A stretch of DNA of 63,040 nucleotides, counting the filler, from Olpidium bornovanus S191 (taxonomy: Eukaryota > Fungi > Olpidiomycota), in assembly GCA_017911155.1 (NCBI GenBank). It is 26 parts of 26 records of this genome, joined end to end, with 100 filler letters (N's around TTAATTAATTAA, not from the genome) between each part and the next. Parts side by side here need not be neighbours in the genome. Positions count along the whole stretch, not along the records: positions 57,055 to 63,040 come from JAEFCI010007520.1; 25 more parts are not named here. One strand, 5' to 3'. The translations under genes and the position numbers were made by a program. Below, one piece after another: positions 61,416 to 63,040 of the stretch. Each line of letters starts with the position of its first letter. The stretch's first letter is position 1. The notes beneath the pieces are model-generated. The model made no database searches and had not been told where the DNA came from. It was given only the letters and a program-made list of their open reading frames with translations.

Positions 61416-62600
61416 TCAGAACTTCGGGACGCGGCTTTCAAACTCCTTTGCGATTTCCTCAAACAGCGTAGTCGCCTCGCCCATCGACCCGGCCGACCCG
61501 GCCACGGCGCCGTGGTGGCGCTGGGTAGGCGCCGCGGCGCTGGCGGGGCCGCTGACGCTGGCGGCGACCTGACCTGCGAATTGCGAGCGGCGATGCGGGT
61601 GCTGCGCGGAATTAGAGAAAGAGGAGGTAAAAGACGGCGAAGGCGAAGAAGCGCGGAACGCCGCCGACGCGGCGACCGCCGCTTCAAGGCCGCGGATGCG
61701 GGCGCCGGCCTTCTGCAGCTCCGCTTCCAGCGAGGTGATGTGGGCCGCCAGCCCCGACCGCACGGTGGTCAGCGTCTTGTGGTGCGCGTTGCGCAGCTGG
61801 TTGCAGGCGTGCTCGTGAGCTCGCGATTGCTTGTGACCGCAAAAAAAGCGAAAAAAAAAAACCGCTTCCCTGGTCAGTTTTTTTGTCTCTGGCCCTGCTC
61901 CTCATTCCCGTTTTCATAAAATCGGCTTTTGTTTTCCACCGATGTTCGCCAAGGCTTTTAACCCCACGTCTTTTTTTTCTTTCACGGCCAAGTCCGCAAG
62001 CCGTCGCTTTTCTTCGCCGTACTCCTTCAGATCCCTCATAAGGTCCATGGCGGCGCAGTAATCAGCTGAATGGGGGACCGTGATTTTTTATTTCGCCGTC
62101 GGAAAGCAGATGACGGGGAGGGGGAGTGGTGGTGGGTGGGGAACAGCAGAAAATGGCCGAACATTTCTCGCGTTAGCTGGTTGACGATTTGCGTTGACCG
62201 CCGTTACAAAATACCCTTTATTTCCGCGAGGGCCCGTTGTCGTAAACCGGAGGAGAAAAAAAAAAAAACTCGACGTACCTACGACGCAGTCCATTTCGCT
62301 CTGCAGCGACGCGGTCTTCGCCATCACTCGCGCCAATTCTGCCGTCGTCCCGTCGAGCTCCGGAGAGGCGCGAGTCTGTTCGGCTCTGCGCGCCGCCGGG
62401 GCTTTCGGCACCTCGGGCGCGCCGGCGCCGGCACGCGAGATGTGCGGAAAGCGCACAGGGCGAGGCGACGCCCGGCGCGGGCGGCGGGTCGGGAGATCCG
62501 GCGCGGGGCGGCGATCTCCGCCGGTGATGTCGAACGACCTGACCAACTCCTCCATCTTCCGGTCCTCGTCGGTTTCGTCGGTACTTCTTCCGGCTTCGCA
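61416..62600 (-). CDS. Unidentified coiled-coil protein, 3' exons
   Basis: Segments ELARVMAKTASLQSEMDCVV|, DYCAAMDLMRDLKEYGEEKRRLADLA| and HITSLEAELQKAGARIRGLEAAV..FEEIAKEFESRVPKF*, bounded by GT/AG sites. The exon model is only partly resolved. Confidence 0.45.
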
Positions 62601-63040
62601 TTCCGGGGCCTGGGGTTGCCGGATAGGGCGCCGTCAGAGGAAACGCAGGAGCGGCTCGGAGCCTCAAACGCCTGCCCCCGATTTGCAAACGCGCGGCGAT
62701 CGCTGAACCCCCCGTGGAAATCTGAAAAAAAAAGCCGACCAGCTGTGCCTGTCTCGCCGTCGCGGGAATTTTTGCGTTGTCTTCTGACCGGGCGGTGTAA
62801 TCTCCGCGTTGCCCGGCGCGGACGTGCTTTCTGCCGGCAAACCGTTGAGCCGATGAACGGAAAGGGAGCCGCCGCCGCAAGCCGCGTGATATAAGCAAGG
62901 GCGAGGTGGGGGGGTCTCGTGACCGCCATTCTCAAGCCTGCCCGCTCGTTTCGTACCAGACGAACTCACAGATTTGGAGTCTGCGATTTTTGCTTGAGCC
63001 TGCGGAGGATGCCTAAACGCCGGTCGCAAGACGAATCATG

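Overview
Not a contiguous locus. The window is 26 short assembly contigs (about 1.1-6 kb) joined by 25 identical artificial 100-nt spacers (44 N + TTAATTAATTAA + 44 N), so adjacency across spacers carries no biological meaning and most genes are truncated. The DNA is eukaryotic, GC-rich and intron-dense (GT-AG introns, most about 60-150 nt, some several hundred, many with long homopolymers). Recognisable genes are fungal-type housekeeping genes: RAD51, RLP7-like, CDT1, INO80, UTP13 (complete), CWH41, Cdc7/SepH kinase, ARMC8/Vid28, NCS-1/Frq1, RBM25/Snu71, a SAPS protein, short-form RNase Z, a LEU2-like gene, acylphosphatase, an eIF3j-like gene and a homeobox gene. An axonemal CCDC40 orthologue points to a flagellated, early-diverging (zoosporic) fungus; Olpidium-like is my guess and cannot be confirmed here. 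About a fifth of the contigs carry transposon relics (Ty1/copia, Ty3/gypsy, pogo). The most structured accessory element is at 49158-52400: an intron-containing pogo/Tigger DD31D transposase hit by two roughly 565-bp solo LTRs, each with a 5-bp target-site duplication. One LTR is inserted in frame without a stop and the other lies inside an intron. Other oddities are an AT-rich island with a 25-bp-stem hairpin, two abutting satellites, a candidate 102-bp LTR, frequent AAG splice acceptors and a strong excess of CATG at contig ends. I found no CRISPR, rRNA, tRNA or prokaryotic system, and cannot claim a new multi-gene biological system. All protein assignments are from remembered motifs, not database searches.
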